NCBI GenBank assembly: GCA_030390025.1
Contig: JASTWF010000035.1
Coordinates: forward strand, 4,092,001-4,156,000
Direction of reading: 5' to 3'
Source: Squalus acanthias
Taxonomy: Eukaryota
DNA length: 64,000 bases
Made by a program: the position numbers and the translations under genes. Positions 36,097 through 49,952 of this stretch are shown one piece after another; position 1 is the first letter of the stretch; each line of letters begins with the position of its first letter. The notes beneath the pieces are model-generated. The model searched no databases and was not told the origin of the DNA. It saw nothing but the letters and a program-made list of their open reading frames with translations.

Positions 36097-38981
36097 TATT
36101 GTCTTAATGCAAGGAGCATTCGGAACAAGGTGAATGAATTAGCTGCGCAAATAGAGGTAAACGAATATGATTTGATTGGGATTACCAAAACATGGCTCCA
36201 GGGTGGCCAAGGCTGGGAACTCAACATCCAGGGGTATTCAATATTCAAGAAAGATAGGCAAAAAGGAAAGGGAGGTGGGGTAGCATTGCTGGTTAAAAAG
36301 GGGATTAACACAATTGAAAGGAAGGATAGTAACTCTGATGATGTGGAATCTGTATGGGTTGAACTGAGAAATACCAAGGGGCAGAAAACGTTAGTGGGAG
36401 TGATATATAGACCCCCAAACAGTAATGCAGAGGTTGGGGATGGCATTAAAAGGGAAATTAGAGAAGCGTGCAATAAGGGCACAGCAGTCATCATGGGTGA
36501 CTTTAATCCACATATAGATTGGGCTAACCAAATTAGTAACAATACTATGGAGGAGGAATTCCTGGAGTGTTTACGGGATGGTTTCCTGGACCAATATGTC
36601 GAGGAACCAACCAGAGATCAGGCCATCTTAGACTGGGTATTATGCAATGCGAAAGGATTAATTAGCAATCTTGTTGTGCGAGACCACTTGGGTCGGAGCG
36701 ATCATAATATGATAGAATTCTGCATTAGGATGGAGAGTGAAGTAATTGACTCAGAGACGAGGGTCCTGAATTAAAATAAAGGAAACTACGATGGTATGAG
36801 GTGCGAGTTGGGTAGGATTGATTGGGGAATGTCACTCAAAGGGTTGACGGTGGATAGGCAATGGCAAACATTCAAAGACCGCATGGACGAACTACATAAT
36901 TTGTTCATCCCAGTTTGGCATAAGAATAAAACAAAAAGGGTGACTCAACCGTGGCTAACAAGGGAAATTAGGGATAGCATAAGATCCAAGGAGAGGGCAT
37001 ATAAATTGGCCAGAAAAAGCAGTAACCCTGAGGATTGGGAGCAGTTTAAGATTCAACAAAGGAGGACAAAGGGATTAATTAAGAAGGGGAAAATAGAATA
37101 CGAGAATAAGCTTGCAGGGAACATAAAAACTGACTGTAAAAGCTTTTATAGATATGTGACAGAAAAAGATTAGTGAAATCAAGCATAGGTCCCTTGCAGT
37201 CAGAATCAGGGGAACTTATAATGGGGAACAAAGAAATGTCAGACCAATTAAATACATATTTTGGTTCTGTCTTCACAAAGAAGGACACAAATAACCTCCC
37301 AGAGATGTTGGAGAACATAGGGTCTGATGAAAGGGAGGAACTGAAAGAAATCAGTATTTGTAGGGAAATGGTGTTAGGGAAATTGAAGGGATTGAAGGCC
37401 GATAAATCCCCAGGGCCTGATAATCTACATCCTAGGGTACTTAAGGAAGTGGCCCTAGAAATAGTAGATGCATTGCTGATCATCTTCCAACATTCGATGG
37501 AATCTGGAACAGTACCCATGGATTGGAGGGTAGCTAATGTTACCCCACTATTCAAAAAGGGTGGTAGAGAGAAAACGGGGAATTACAGACCGGTAAGCCT
37601 GACATCGGTAGTGGGGAAAATGCTAGAGTCCATTATAAAAGATGTAATAGCTGAGCACTTGGAAAACAGTGACAGGATCGGACAAAGTCAACATGGATTT
37701 ACAAAAGGTAAATCATGCTTGACTAATCTACTGGAATTTTTTGAGGATGTAACTGGGAAAATAGATAAGGGAGAACCAGTGGATGTGGTGTATTTGGACT
37801 TCCAAAATGCTTTTGATGAGGTCCCGCATAAGAGATTAGCATGTAAAGTTAAGGCACATGGGATTGGGGGCAAGGTATTGACTTGGATAGAGAACTGGTT
37901 GCCCGACAGAAAGCAAAGAGTTGGAATAAACGGGTCTTTTTCCGAGTGGCAGGCAGTGACTAGTAGGGTACCGCAGGGATCGGTCCTTGGACCCCAGCTA
38001 TTCACAATATATATTAATGATCTAGACAAGGGAACTAGATGTAATATCTCCAAGTTTGCAGACGACACAAAACTGGGTGGGCGTGTGTGCTGCGAGGAGG
38101 ATGCCGAGAAACTCCAGGATGATTTGGACAGGTTAGGTGATTGGGCAGAAGCGTGGCAGATGCAATATAACGTGGATAAATGCGAGGTTATCCACTTTGG
38201 CGTCAAAAACAGAAAGGCAGACTATTATCTGACTGGCAATAGATTGGGAGAAGGGGAAGTGCAACGAGACCTGGGTGTCCTTGTGCACCAGTCGCTGAAG
38301 GTAAGCATACAGGTGCAGCAGGCGGTTAAGAAGGCAAATGGTATGTTGGCCTTCATAGCGAGAGGGTTTGAGTACAGGAACAAGGATGTCTTGCTGCAGT
38401 TGTACAGGGCCTTGGTGAGACCACACCTTGAGTACTGTGTGCAGTTTTGGTCGCCTTATCTGAGGAAGGATGTTCTTGCCATGGAAGGAGTTCAGAGAAG
38501 ATTCACAAGGCTGATACCTGGGATGGCAGGAATGACGTATGAAGAGAGATTGGGTCGATTGGGCTTATAATCGCTGGAGTTTAGAAGAATGAGAGGGGAT
38601 CTCATTGAAACTTATAAAATTCTGACAGCACAGGACAAACTAGATGCAGGAAGGATGTTCCCGATGGTCGGGGAGTGCAGAACCAGGGGTCACAGTCTAA
38701 GGATAAGGGGTAAGCCATTTAGGACAGAAATGAGGAGTAATTTCTTCACCCAGAGTGTGGTGAACCTGTGGAATTCTCTGCCACAGAAGGCAGTAGAGGC
38801 CAATTCATTAAATAGATTGAAGAAGGAGTTGGATATATTTCTTAAGGCTAAAGGGATCAAGGGATATGGGGAGAAAGCAGGGACAGGGTACTGAATTTGG
38901 ATGATCAGCCATGATCGCATTGAATGGCGGAGCAGGCTAGAGGGGCCGAATGGCCTCCTCCTGTTCCTATGTTCCTACGTT

Positions 38982-39545
38982 CCCATTCTAGTAAATCTCT
39001 TCTGCACCCTCTCCAAAGCCTTCACGTTCTTCCAAAAGTGCGGTGCCCAGAATTGGGCACAATACTCCAGCTGGGGCCGAACTAATATTTTTTACAGGTT
39101 TAGCATAACTTCCAGGCTTTTGTACTCTATGTCTCTATTTATAAAGCCCAGGATCCCGTATGCTTTTTTAACTGCTTTGCTAACCTGTCCTGCCACCTTC
39201 AACGATTTGTGCACTTTTACCCCCAGTTCTCTTTGTTCATGCACCCACTTTAGAATTGTACCCTTTAGTTTATAATACCTCTCGTTCTTCCTACCAAAAT
39301 GTATCATTTCACACTGCTCTGCGTTGAACTTCATCTACCACGTGGACTGGAGGAATGTAAACAGTGGTGTTCCCCAGGGGTCAGTACTAGGACCACTGCT
39401 TTTCTTGATATATATTAATGACTTGGACGTGGGTGTACAGGGCACAATTTCAAAATTTGCAGATGACACTAAACATGGAAGTATAGTGAACAGTGAGCAG
39501 GATAGTGATAGACTTCAAGAAGACAGAGAGAGGCTGGTGTAATGG
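38982..39545. mobile_element. CR1 fragments in opposite orientations (38982-39337 minus; 39340-39545 plus)
   Basis: KKAYGILGFINR on minus; [10 protein letters not shown]...FADD on plus. Confidence 0.85.
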
Positions 39546-42500
39546 GCACATGTTGCATGGTGGTTGGGTGGGTCTGGTTATACACAGATGTTGCACAGTG
39601 GTTGGGTGGGTCTGGTTATACACAGATGTTACACAGTGGTTGGGTGGGTCTGGTTATGCACAGATGTTACACAGTGGTTGGGTGGGTCTGGTTATTCACA
39701 GATGTTACACAGTGGTTGGGTGGGTCTGGTTATACACAGATGTTGCACAGTGGTTGGGTGGGTCTGGTTATTCACAGATGTTACACAGAAGCTGGGTGGG
39801 TATGGTTACTCACGGATGTTACACAGTGGTTGGGTGGGTCTGGTTATTCACAGATGTTACACAGAAGCTGGGTGGGTATGGTTACTCACGGATGTTACAC
39901 AGTGGTTGGGTGGGTCGGCTTATTCACAGATGTTACACATTGGTTGGGTGGGTCTGGTTATTCACAGATGTTACACATTGGTTGCGTGGAGTCTGGTTAT
40001 ACACAGATGTTGCACAGTGGTTGGGTGGAGTCTGGTTATACACAGATGTTACACAGAGGTTGGGTGGTGTCTGGTTATTTACACATGTTGCACAGTGGTT
40101 GGGTGGGTCTGCTTATTCACAGATGTTGCACAATGGTTGGTTGGGGTCTGGATATACACAGATGTTACACAGTGGTTGGGTGGGTCTGCTTATTCACAGA
40201 TGTTGCACAATGGTTGGTTGGGGTCTGGATATACACACATGTTGCACAGTGGTTGGGTGGGTCTGGTCATACACAGATGTTACACAGTGGTTGGGTGGGT
40301 CTGGTTATTCACAGATGTTACACAGTAGTTGGTTGGGGTCTGGATATACACAGATGTTACACAGTGGTTGGGTGGGTCTGGTTATTCACATGTTGCACAG
40401 TGGTTGGGTGGGTCTGGTTATTCACAGATGTTGCACAGTGGTTGGGTGGGTCTGGTTATTCACAGATGTTACACAGTGGTTGGGTGGATTCTGGTTATAC
40501 ACAGATGTTACACAGTGGTTGGGTGGAGTCTAGTTATTCACAGATGTTGCACAGTGGTTGGGTGGGTCTGGTTATTCACAGATGTTACACAGTAGTTGGG
40601 TGAGGTCTGGTTATACACATGTTGCACAGTGGTTGAGTGGAGTCTAGTTATTCACAGATGTTGCACAGTGGTTGGGTGGGTCTGGTTATTCACAGATGTT
40701 ACACAGTAGTTGGGTGAGGTCTGGTTATACACATGTTACACAGTGGTTGGGTGGGTCTGGTTATTCACAGATGTTAAACAGTGGTTGCGTGGAGCCTGGT
40801 TATACACAGATGTTGCACAGTGGTTGGGTAGATCTGGTTATTCACAGATGTTGCACAGTGGTTGGGTGGGTCTGTTTATTCACAGATGTTGCACAGTGGT
40901 TGGGTGCGGTCTGGTTATACACAGGTGTTACACAGATGTTGGGTGGGTCTGGTTATTCACATGTTGCACAGTGGTTGGGTGGGTCTGCTTATTCACAGAT
41001 GTTACACAGTGGTTGGGTGGGTCTGGTTATACACAGATGTTGCACAGTGGTTGGGTGGGTCTGGTTATACACAGATGTGACACAGTGGTTGGGTGGGTCT
41101 GGTTATTCACAGATGTTACACAGTAGTTGGGTGAGGTCTGGTTATACACAGATGTGACACAGTGGTTGGGTGGGTCTGGTTATACACAGATGTTACACAG
41201 TGGTTGGGTGCGGTCTGGTTATACACAGATGTGACACAGTGGTTGGGTCGGGTCTGGTTATACACATGTTGCACAGTGGTTGGGTGGGTCTGGTTATACA
41301 CAGATGTTACACAGTGGTTGGGTGCGGTCTGGTTATACACAGATGTGACACAGTGGTTGGGTCGGGTCTGGTTATACACATGTTGCACAGTGGTTGGGTG
41401 GGTCTGCTTATTCACAGATGTTACACAGTGGTTGGGTGGGTCTGGTTATACACAGATGTTGCACAGTGGTTGGGTGGGTCTGGTTATACACAGATGTGAC
41501 ACAGTGGTTGGGTGGGTCTGGTTATTCACAGATGTTACACAGTAGTTGGGTGGGTCTGGTTATACACAGATGTTACACAGTGGTTGGGTGCGGTCTGGTT
41601 ATACACAGATGTGACACAGTGGTTGGGTGGGTCTGGTTATTCACAGATGTTAAACAGTGGTTGCGTGGAGTCTGGTTATACACAGATGTTGCGCAGTGGT
41701 TGGGTTGAGTCTGGTTATACACAGATGTTACACAGAGGTTGGGTGGGGTCTGGTTATACACATGTTGCACAGTGGTTGGCTGGGTCTGCTTATTCACAGA
41801 TGTTGCACAATGGTTGGGTGGGTCTGGTTATACACAGATGTTACACAGAGGTTGGGCGGGTCTGTTTATACACAGATGTTACACAGTGGTTGGGTGGGTC
41901 TGGTTATACACATGTTGCACAGTGGTTGGGTGGGTCTGCTTATTCACAGATGTTGCACAATGGTTGGTTGGGGTCTGGATATACACAGATGTTACACAGT
42001 GGTTGGGTGGGGTCTGGTTATTTACAGATGTTACACAGTGGTTGGGTGGGTCTGGTTATACACAGATGTTGCACAGTGGTTGGGTGGGTCTGGTTATACA
42101 CAGATGTTACACAGAGGTTGGGTGGTGTCTGGTTATTTACACATGTTGCACAGTGGTTGGGTGGGTCTGCTTATTCACAGATGTTGCACAATGGTTGGTT
42201 GGGGTCTGGATATACACAGATGTTACACAGTGGTTGGGTGGGGTCTGGTTATTTACAGATGTTACACAGTGGTTGGTTGGGGTCTGGTTATACACAGATG
42301 TTGCACAGTGGTTGGGTGGGTCTGGTTATACACAGATGTTACACAGAGGTTGGGTGGGGTCTGGTTATTTACAGATGTTGCACATTGGTTGGGTGGAGTC
42401 TGGTTATTCACAGATGTTACACAGTCTTTGGCTCGGTCTGCTTATTCACAGATGTTGCACAGTGGTTTGGTGGGTCTGGATATTCACAGATGTTGCACAG

Positions 42501-45500
42501 TGGTTGGGTGGAGTCTGGTTATACACAGATGTTACACAGTGGTTGGGTGGGTCTGGTTACTCACAGATGTTGCACAGTGGTTGGGTGGTCTGCTTATTCA
42601 CAGATGTTGCACATTGGTTGGGTGGGTCTGGTTATTCACAGATGTTACACAGTGGTTGGGTGGGTCTGGTTATACACAGATGTTACACAGTGGTTGGGTG
42701 GGTCTGGTTATTCACAGATGTTACACAGTGGTTGGGTGGGTCTGGTTACACACAGATGTTACACAGTGGTTGGGTGGGTCTGGTTATTCACAGATGTTAC
42801 ACAGTGGTTGGGTGGGTCTGGTTATTCACAGATGTTACACAGTGGTTGGGTGGGTCTGGTTACACACAGATGTTACACAGTGGTTGGGTGGGTCTGGTTA
42901 CACACACATGTTGCACAGTGGTTGGGCGGGTCTGGTTATACACAGATGTTGCACAGTGGTTGGGTAGATCTGGTTATTCACAGATGTTACACAGTGGTTG
43001 GGTAGATCTGGTTATTCACAGATGTTACACAGTGGTTGGGTGGGTCTGCTTATTCACAGATGTTGCACAGTGGTTGGGTGGGTCTGGTTATTCACAGATG
43101 TTACACAGTGGTTGGGTGGGTCTGGTTATTCACAGATGTTACACAGTAGTTGGGTGGAGTCTGGTTATATACAGATGTTACACAGTGGTTGGGTGGGTCT
43201 GGTTATTCACAGATGTTAAACAGTGGTTGCGTGGAGTCTGGTTATATACAGATGTTACACAGTGGTTGGGTGGGTCTGGTTATTCACAGATGTTGCACAG
43301 TGGTTGGGTGGGTCTGGTTATACACAGATGTTACACAGAGGTTGTGTGGGTCTTGTTATACACAGATGTTACACAGAGGTTGTGTGGGTCTTGTTATACA
43401 CAGATGTTACACAGTGGTTGGGTGTGTCTGGTTATACACATGTTGCACAGTGGTTGGGTGGGTCTGGATATACACAGATGTTACACAGTGGTTGGGTGGT
43501 GTCTGGTGATGCACAGATGTTACACAGAGGTTGGGTGGTGTCTGGTGATGCACAGATGTTGCACATTGGTTGGGTGGGTCTGGTTATTCACAGATGTTAC
43601 ACAGTGGTTGAGTGAGGTCTGGTTATACACAGATGTTGCACAGTGGTTGGGTGGGTCTGGTTATTCACAGATGTTACACAGTAGTTGGGTGCGGTCTGGT
43701 TATACACAGATGTTGCACAGTGGTTGCGTGGAGTCTGGTTATATACAGATGTTACACAGTGGTTGGGTGGGTCTGGATATTCACAGATGTTGCACAGTGT
43801 TTGGGTGGGGTCTGGATATTCACAGGTGTTGCACAGTGGTTGGGTGGTGTCTGCTTATTCACAGATGTTGCACAGTAGTTGGGTGGAGTCTGGTTATTCA
43901 CAGATGTTACACAGATGTTGGGTGGGTCTGGTTATTCACAGATGTTACACAGTGGTTGGGTGGGTCTGGTTATTCACATGTTGCACAGTGGTTGGGTGGG
44001 TCTGGTTATACACAGATGTTACACAGTGGTTGGGTGGGTCTGGTGATGCACAGATGTTACACAGTGGTTGGGTGGGTCTGGTTATTCACAGATGTTACAC
44101 AGTAGTTGGGTGAGGTCTGGTTATACACATGTTACACAGTGGTTGGGTGGGTCTGGTTATTCACAGATGTTAAACAGTGGTTGCGTGGAGCCTGGTTATA
44201 CACAGATGTTGCACAGTGGTTGGGTAGATCTGGTTATTCACAGATGTTGCACAGTGGTTGGGTGGGTCTGTTTATTCACAGATGTTGCACAGTGGTTGGG
44301 TGCGGTCTGGTTATACACAGGTGTTACACAGATGTTGGGTGGGTCTGGTTATTCACATGTTGCACAGTGGTTGGGTGGGTCTGCTTATTCACAGATGTTA
44401 CACAGTGGTTGGGTGGGTCTGGTTATACACAGATGTTGCACAGTGGTTGGGTGGGTCTGGTTATACACAGATGTGACACAGTGGTTGGGTGGGTCTGGTT
44501 ATTCACAGATGTTACACAGTAGTTGGGTGAGGTCTGGTTATACACAGATGTGACACAGTGGTTGGGTGGGTCTGGTTATACACAGATGTTACACAGTGGT
44601 TGGGTGCGGTCTGGTTATACACAGATGTGACACAGTGGTTGGGTCGGGTCTGGTTATACACATGTTGCACAGTGGTTGGGTGGGTCTGGTTATACACAGA
44701 TGTTACACAGTGGTTGGGTGCGGTCTGGTTATACACAGATGTGACACAGTGGTTGGGTCGGGTCTGGTTATACACATGTTGCACAGTGGTTGGGTGGGTC
44801 TGCTTATTCACAGATGTTACACAGTGGTTGGGTGGGTCTGGTTATACACAGATGTTGCACAGTGGTTGGGTGGGTCTGGTTATACACAGATGTGACACAG
44901 TGGTTGGGTGGGTCTGGTTATTCACAGATGTTACACAGTAGTTGGGTGGGTCTGGTTATACACAGATGTTACACAGTGGTTGGGTGCGGTCTGGTTATAC
45001 ACAGATGTGACACAGTGGTTGGGTGGGTCTGGTTATTCACAGATGTTAAACAGTGGTTGCGTGGAGTCTGGTTATACACAGATGTTGCGCAGTGGTTGGG
45101 TTGAGTCTGGTTATACACAGATGTTACACAGAGGTTGGGTGGGGTCTGGTTATACACATGTTGCACAGTGGTTGGCTGGGTCTGCTTATTCACAGATGTT
45201 GCACAATGGTTGGGTGGGTCTGGTTATACACAGATGTTACACAGAGGTTGGGCGGGTCTGTTTATACACAGATGTTACACAGTGGTTGGGTGGGTCTGGT
45301 TATACACATGTTGCACAGTGGTTGGGTGGGTCTGCTTATTCACAGATGTTGCACAATGGTTGGTTGGGGTCTGGATATACACAGATGTTACACAGTGGTT
45401 GGGTGGGGTCTGGTTATTTACAGATGTTACACAGTGGTTGGGTGGGTCTGGTTATACACAGATGTTGCACAGTGGTTGGGTGGGTCTGGTTATACACAGA

Positions 45501-47616
45501 TGTTACACAGAGGTTGGGTGGTGTCTGGTTATTTACACATGTTGCACAGTGGTTGGGTGGGTCTGCTTATTCACAGATGTTGCACAATGGTTGGTTGGGG
45601 TCTGGATATACACAGATGTTACACAGTGGTTGGGTGGGGTCTGGTTATTTACAGATGTTACACAGTGGTTGGTTGGGGTCTGGTTATACACAGATGTTGC
45701 ACAGTGGTTGGGTGGGTCTGGTTATACACAGATGTTACACAGAGGTTGGGTGGGGTCTGGTTATTTACAGATGTTGCACATTGGTTGGGTGGAGTCTGGT
45801 TATTCACAGATGTTACACAGTCTTTGGCTCGGTCTGCTTATTCACAGATGTTGCACAGTGGTTTGGTGGGTCTGGATATTCACAGATGTTGCACAGTGGT
45901 TGGGTGGAGTCTGGTTATACACAGATGTTACACAGTGGTTGGGTGGGTCTGGTTACTCACAGATGTTGCACAGTGGTTGGGTGGTCTGCTTATTCACAGA
46001 TGTTGCACATTGGTTGGGTGGGTCTGGTTATTCACAGATGTTACACAGTGGTTGGGTGGGTCTGGTTATTCACAGATGTTACACAGTGGTTGGGTGGGTC
46101 TGGTTATTCACAGATGTTACACAGTGGTTGGGTGGGTCTGGTTATACACAGATGTTACACAGTGGTTGGGTGGGTCTGGTTATTCACAGATGTTACACAG
46201 TGGTTGGGTGGGTCTGGTTACACACAGATGTTACACAGTGGTTGGGTGGGTCTGGTTATTCACAGATGTTACACAGTGGTTGGGTGGGTCTGGTTATTCA
46301 CAGATGTTACACAGTGGTTGGGTGGGTCTGGTTACACACAGATGTTACACAGTGGTTGGGTGGGTCTGGTTACACACACATGTTGCACAGTGGTTGGGCG
46401 GGTCTGGTTATACACAGATGTTGCACAGTGGTTGGGTAGATCTGGTTATTCACAGATGTTACACAGTGGTTGGGTAGATCTGGTTATTCACAGATGTTAC
46501 ACAGTGGTTGGGTGGGTCTGCTTATTCACAGATGTTGCACAGTGGTTGGGTGGGTCTGGTTATTCACAGATGTTACACAGTGGTTGGGTGGGTCTGGTTA
46601 TTCACAGATGTTACACAGTAGTTGGGTGGAGTCTGGTTATATACAGATGTTACACAGTGGTTGGGTGGGTCTGGTTATTCACAGATGTTAAACAGTGGTT
46701 GCGTGGAGTCTGGTTATATACAGATGTTACACAGTGGTTGGGTGGGTCTGGTTATACACAGATGTTACACAGAGGTTGTGTGGGTCTTGTTATACACAGA
46801 TGTTACACAGAGGTTGTGTGGGTCTTGTTATACACAGATGTTACACAGTGGTTGGGTGTGTCTGGTTATACACATGTTGCACAGTGGTTGGGTGGGTCTG
46901 GATATACACAGATGTTACACAGTGGTTGGGTGGTGTCTGGTGATGCACAGATGTTACACAGAGGTTGGGTGGTGTCTGGTGATGCACAGATGTTGCACAT
47001 TGGTTGGGTGGGTCTGGTTATTCACAGATGTTACACAGTGGTTGAGTGAGGTCTGGTTATACACAGATGTTGCACAGTGGTTGGGTGGGTCTGGTTATTC
47101 ACAGATGTTACACAGTAGTTGGGTGCGGTCTGGTTATACACAGATGTTGCACAGTGGTTGCGTGGAGTCTGGTTATATACAGATGTTACACAGTGGTTGG
47201 GTGGTCTGGATATTCACAGATGTTGCACAGTGTTTGGGTGGGGTCTGGATATTCACAGGTGTTGCACAGTGGTTGGGTGGTGTCTGCTTATTCACAGATG
47301 TTGCACAGTAGTTGGGTGGAGTCTGGTTATTCACAGATGTTACACAGATGTTGGGTGGGTCTGGTTATTCACAGATGTTACACAGTGGTTGGGTGGGTCT
47401 GGTTATTCACATGTTGCACAGTGGTTGGGTGGGTCTGGTTATACACAGATGTTACACAGTGGTTGGGTGGGTCTGGTGATGCACAGATGTTACACAGTGG
47501 TTGGGTGAGTCTGGTTATTCACATGTTGCACAGTGGTTGGGTGGTGTCTGGTGATGCACAGATGTTGCACATTGGTTGGGTGGGTCTGGTTATTCACATG
47601 TTACACAGTGGTTGGG
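39546..47616. repeat. 8-kb 38-bp minisatellite CACAGATGTTACACAGTGGTTGGGTGGGTCTGGTTATA (~210 units) with a ~3.4-kb higher-order duplication
   Basis: Directly visible; identical ORFs recur at an offset of 3396. Confidence 0.97.
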
Positions 47617-47622
47617 CCATAC

Positions 47623-47890
47623 CTGATGAAGTCATTGACAAATTGCACACAGTCCTGGGACACGACCATGCGGAATGTACTGCTGTGACTGTTACTGATC
47701 AGGTTCCCGTCTGTGTGCATGGCCAAGATTAGACTGTGTACACAGGATCTCTGCTCCTCTTGGCTATTCTCCAGAGTTGTCACCGAGATGTTCATGTCAC
47801 AGTTACTCCTACTGATGTATAACTGCTTTAAAGATTCGTAAAATTCCGCTGTGAGGTCGAGTGAGTATCCATAGATTGCCTCTAACCTTC
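47623..47890 (-). CDS. LGALS3BP: Galectin-3-binding protein BTB exon (268 nt, phase 1 to 2)
   Basis: YSLDLTAEFYESLKQLYISRSNCDMNISV...CVHSLIL...DCVQFVNDFIR; acceptor TATTTTTCAG, donor GTATGG; AG|G joins in frame to the last exon (R-YFY). Confidence 0.9.
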
Positions 47891-47991
47891 CTGAAAAATA
47901 GACACAGGCACTGAGCAAGATACAGTTATTCAGCTCAACACTCCAACACTGCACTGTAACAAAGTCCGAGAACAGGCCACATATACACACA

Positions 47992-48311
47992 TTCTGTATC
48001 TAACCCGTGCTATACCTGCCCTGGGAGTGTTTGATGGGACAGTGTAGAGGGAGCTTTACTCTGTATCTCACCCGTGCTGTACCCGTCCTGGGAGTGTTTG
48101 ATGGGACAGTGTAGAGGGAGCTTTACTCTGTATCTAACCCGTGCTGTACCTGCCCCGGGAGTGTTTGATGGGACAGTGTAGAGGGAGCTTTACTCTGTAT
48201 CTAACCCGTGCTGTACCTGCCCTGGGAGTGTTTCATGGGACAGTGTAGAGGGAGCTTTACTCTGTATCTAACCCGTGCTGTACCTGTCCTGGGAGTGTTT
48301 GATGGGACAGT
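47992..48311. repeat. 67-bp tandem repeat x~4.7
   Basis: Units start at 47994, 48061, 48128, 48195 and 48262. Confidence 0.95.
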
Positions 48312-48544
48312 GGGGGGGCGGGGAGGAACAAGGTGGGGAGGTCCGAGCCCCTACTCCAGAGGAGCTCAGCAGGATTGCGCGAGGCCATGGGCTGGGGCCT
48401 GGGACCCTCGCCAGATCAGAGGTGCTGGGGATAGGCCAGAGGCCAAGGCTCTGCTGGAGGAAAAGGCTGGGCAAGGGGAATTGCTCAAAGCAGTCCCTCT
48501 GCTCTGCCCTGCCAACCCCAGCCCCAGGCAGCTCCACACCCCCC

Positions 48545-49044
48545 NNNNNNNNNNNNNNNNNNNNNNNNNNNNNNNNNNNNNNNNNNNNNNNNNNNNNNNN
48601 NNNNNNNNNNNNNNNNNNNNNNNNNNNNNNNNNNNNNNNNNNNNNNNNNNNNNNNNNNNNNNNNNNNNNNNNNNNNNNNNNNNNNNNNNNNNNNNNNNNN
48701 NNNNNNNNNNNNNNNNNNNNNNNNNNNNNNNNNNNNNNNNNNNNNNNNNNNNNNNNNNNNNNNNNNNNNNNNNNNNNNNNNNNNNNNNNNNNNNNNNNNN
48801 NNNNNNNNNNNNNNNNNNNNNNNNNNNNNNNNNNNNNNNNNNNNNNNNNNNNNNNNNNNNNNNNNNNNNNNNNNNNNNNNNNNNNNNNNNNNNNNNNNNN
48901 NNNNNNNNNNNNNNNNNNNNNNNNNNNNNNNNNNNNNNNNNNNNNNNNNNNNNNNNNNNNNNNNNNNNNNNNNNNNNNNNNNNNNNNNNNNNNNNNNNNN
49001 NNNNNNNNNNNNNNNNNNNNNNNNNNNNNNNNNNNNNNNNNNNN
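48545..49044. other. Assembly gap (500 N)
   Basis: N run. Confidence 1.
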
Positions 49045-49685
49045 CCCAAATATACCCCACACCCCTAATATACACCACACCCCAAATATACCCCACACCC
49101 CAAATATACCCCACACCCCAAATATACCCCACACCAAAAATATACCCCGCACCCCAAATAAACTCCGCATCCCTAATATACCCCGCACCCCAAATATACC
49201 CCACACCCCAAATATACACCACACCCCGAATATACCCCACACCCCAAATATACCCCACACCCCGAATATACCCCACACCCCAAATATACCCCGCACCCCA
49301 AATAAACCCCACACCCCAAATAAACCCCACACCCCAAATATACCCCACACCCCAAATATACCCCACACCCCAAATATACCCCGCACTCCAAATATACTCC
49401 GCACCCCTAATATACCCCACACCCCAAATATACCCCACACCCCAAATATACCCCACACCCCAAATATACCCCGCACCCCAAATATACGCCGCACCTCCAA
49501 TATACCCCACACACAAATATACCCCACATCCCAAATATACTCTACACGGGCAAATATACCCCGCACCCCAAATATACCCCACACCCCAAATATACCCCGC
49601 ACCCCAAATAAACTCCGCACCCTAAATATTGCCCGCACCTCAAATATACTCCACACCCCAAATATACCCCGCACCCCAAATAACA

Positions 49686-49952
49686 CCTCATTGTCTCAGT
49701 TGTATCTTGCTATGTCTTTGATGTGGTACCTTCCTGGCTGACTTGATTAACTTTATAACACCTCGGCAGATAGTCAGGATGATTTAATTTAGTGGCCTGC
49801 AATTGTAAGGTACACATGCTTTGTTCTCTATCTATATATGCTTTGGCGATTCTGTATCTAATTTACTTCACCTGAGGAAGGAGCAATCGATAGCTCCGAA
49901 AGCTTGTGATTTCAAATAAAACTGTTGGACTATAACCTGGTGTTGTGCGACC
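49686..49952 (+). mobile_element. Penelope-like element terminal (pLTR-type) fragment with minimal hammerhead motif at 49868-49909
   Basis: TCAC-CTGAGGA-A-GGAGC..GCTCC-GAAA-GCTT-GTGA followed by AATAAA; same sequence recurs at ~61043-61102. Confidence 0.7.

Larger units (their letters stand above)
33713..38980 (+). mobile_element. Full-length CR1 LINE (5'UTR, ORF1, disrupted ORF2, 3'UTR) with MITE copy 3
   Basis: GC-rich 5'UTR; ORF1 34067-35017; ORF2 APE endonuclease (CLNARS, YRPP, MGDFN, SDH) and RT with stops at 36772 and 38568 and a frameshift ~37170. Confidence 0.95.

Noticed and set aside
39493..47732. Long ORFs (up to 788 aa) in the 38-bp array, and similar ones in the 33-, 20-, 18- and 14/20-bp arrays
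   Set aside because: By-products of stop-poor tandem repeats, open in several frames at once.
48312..48544. GC-rich segment before the gap as the missing SRCR exon
   Set aside because: No SRCR cysteine pattern; possibly a fragment of another LINE, not identifiable.
48208..49741. ORFs spanning the N run
   Set aside because: Artefacts of translating through the gap.
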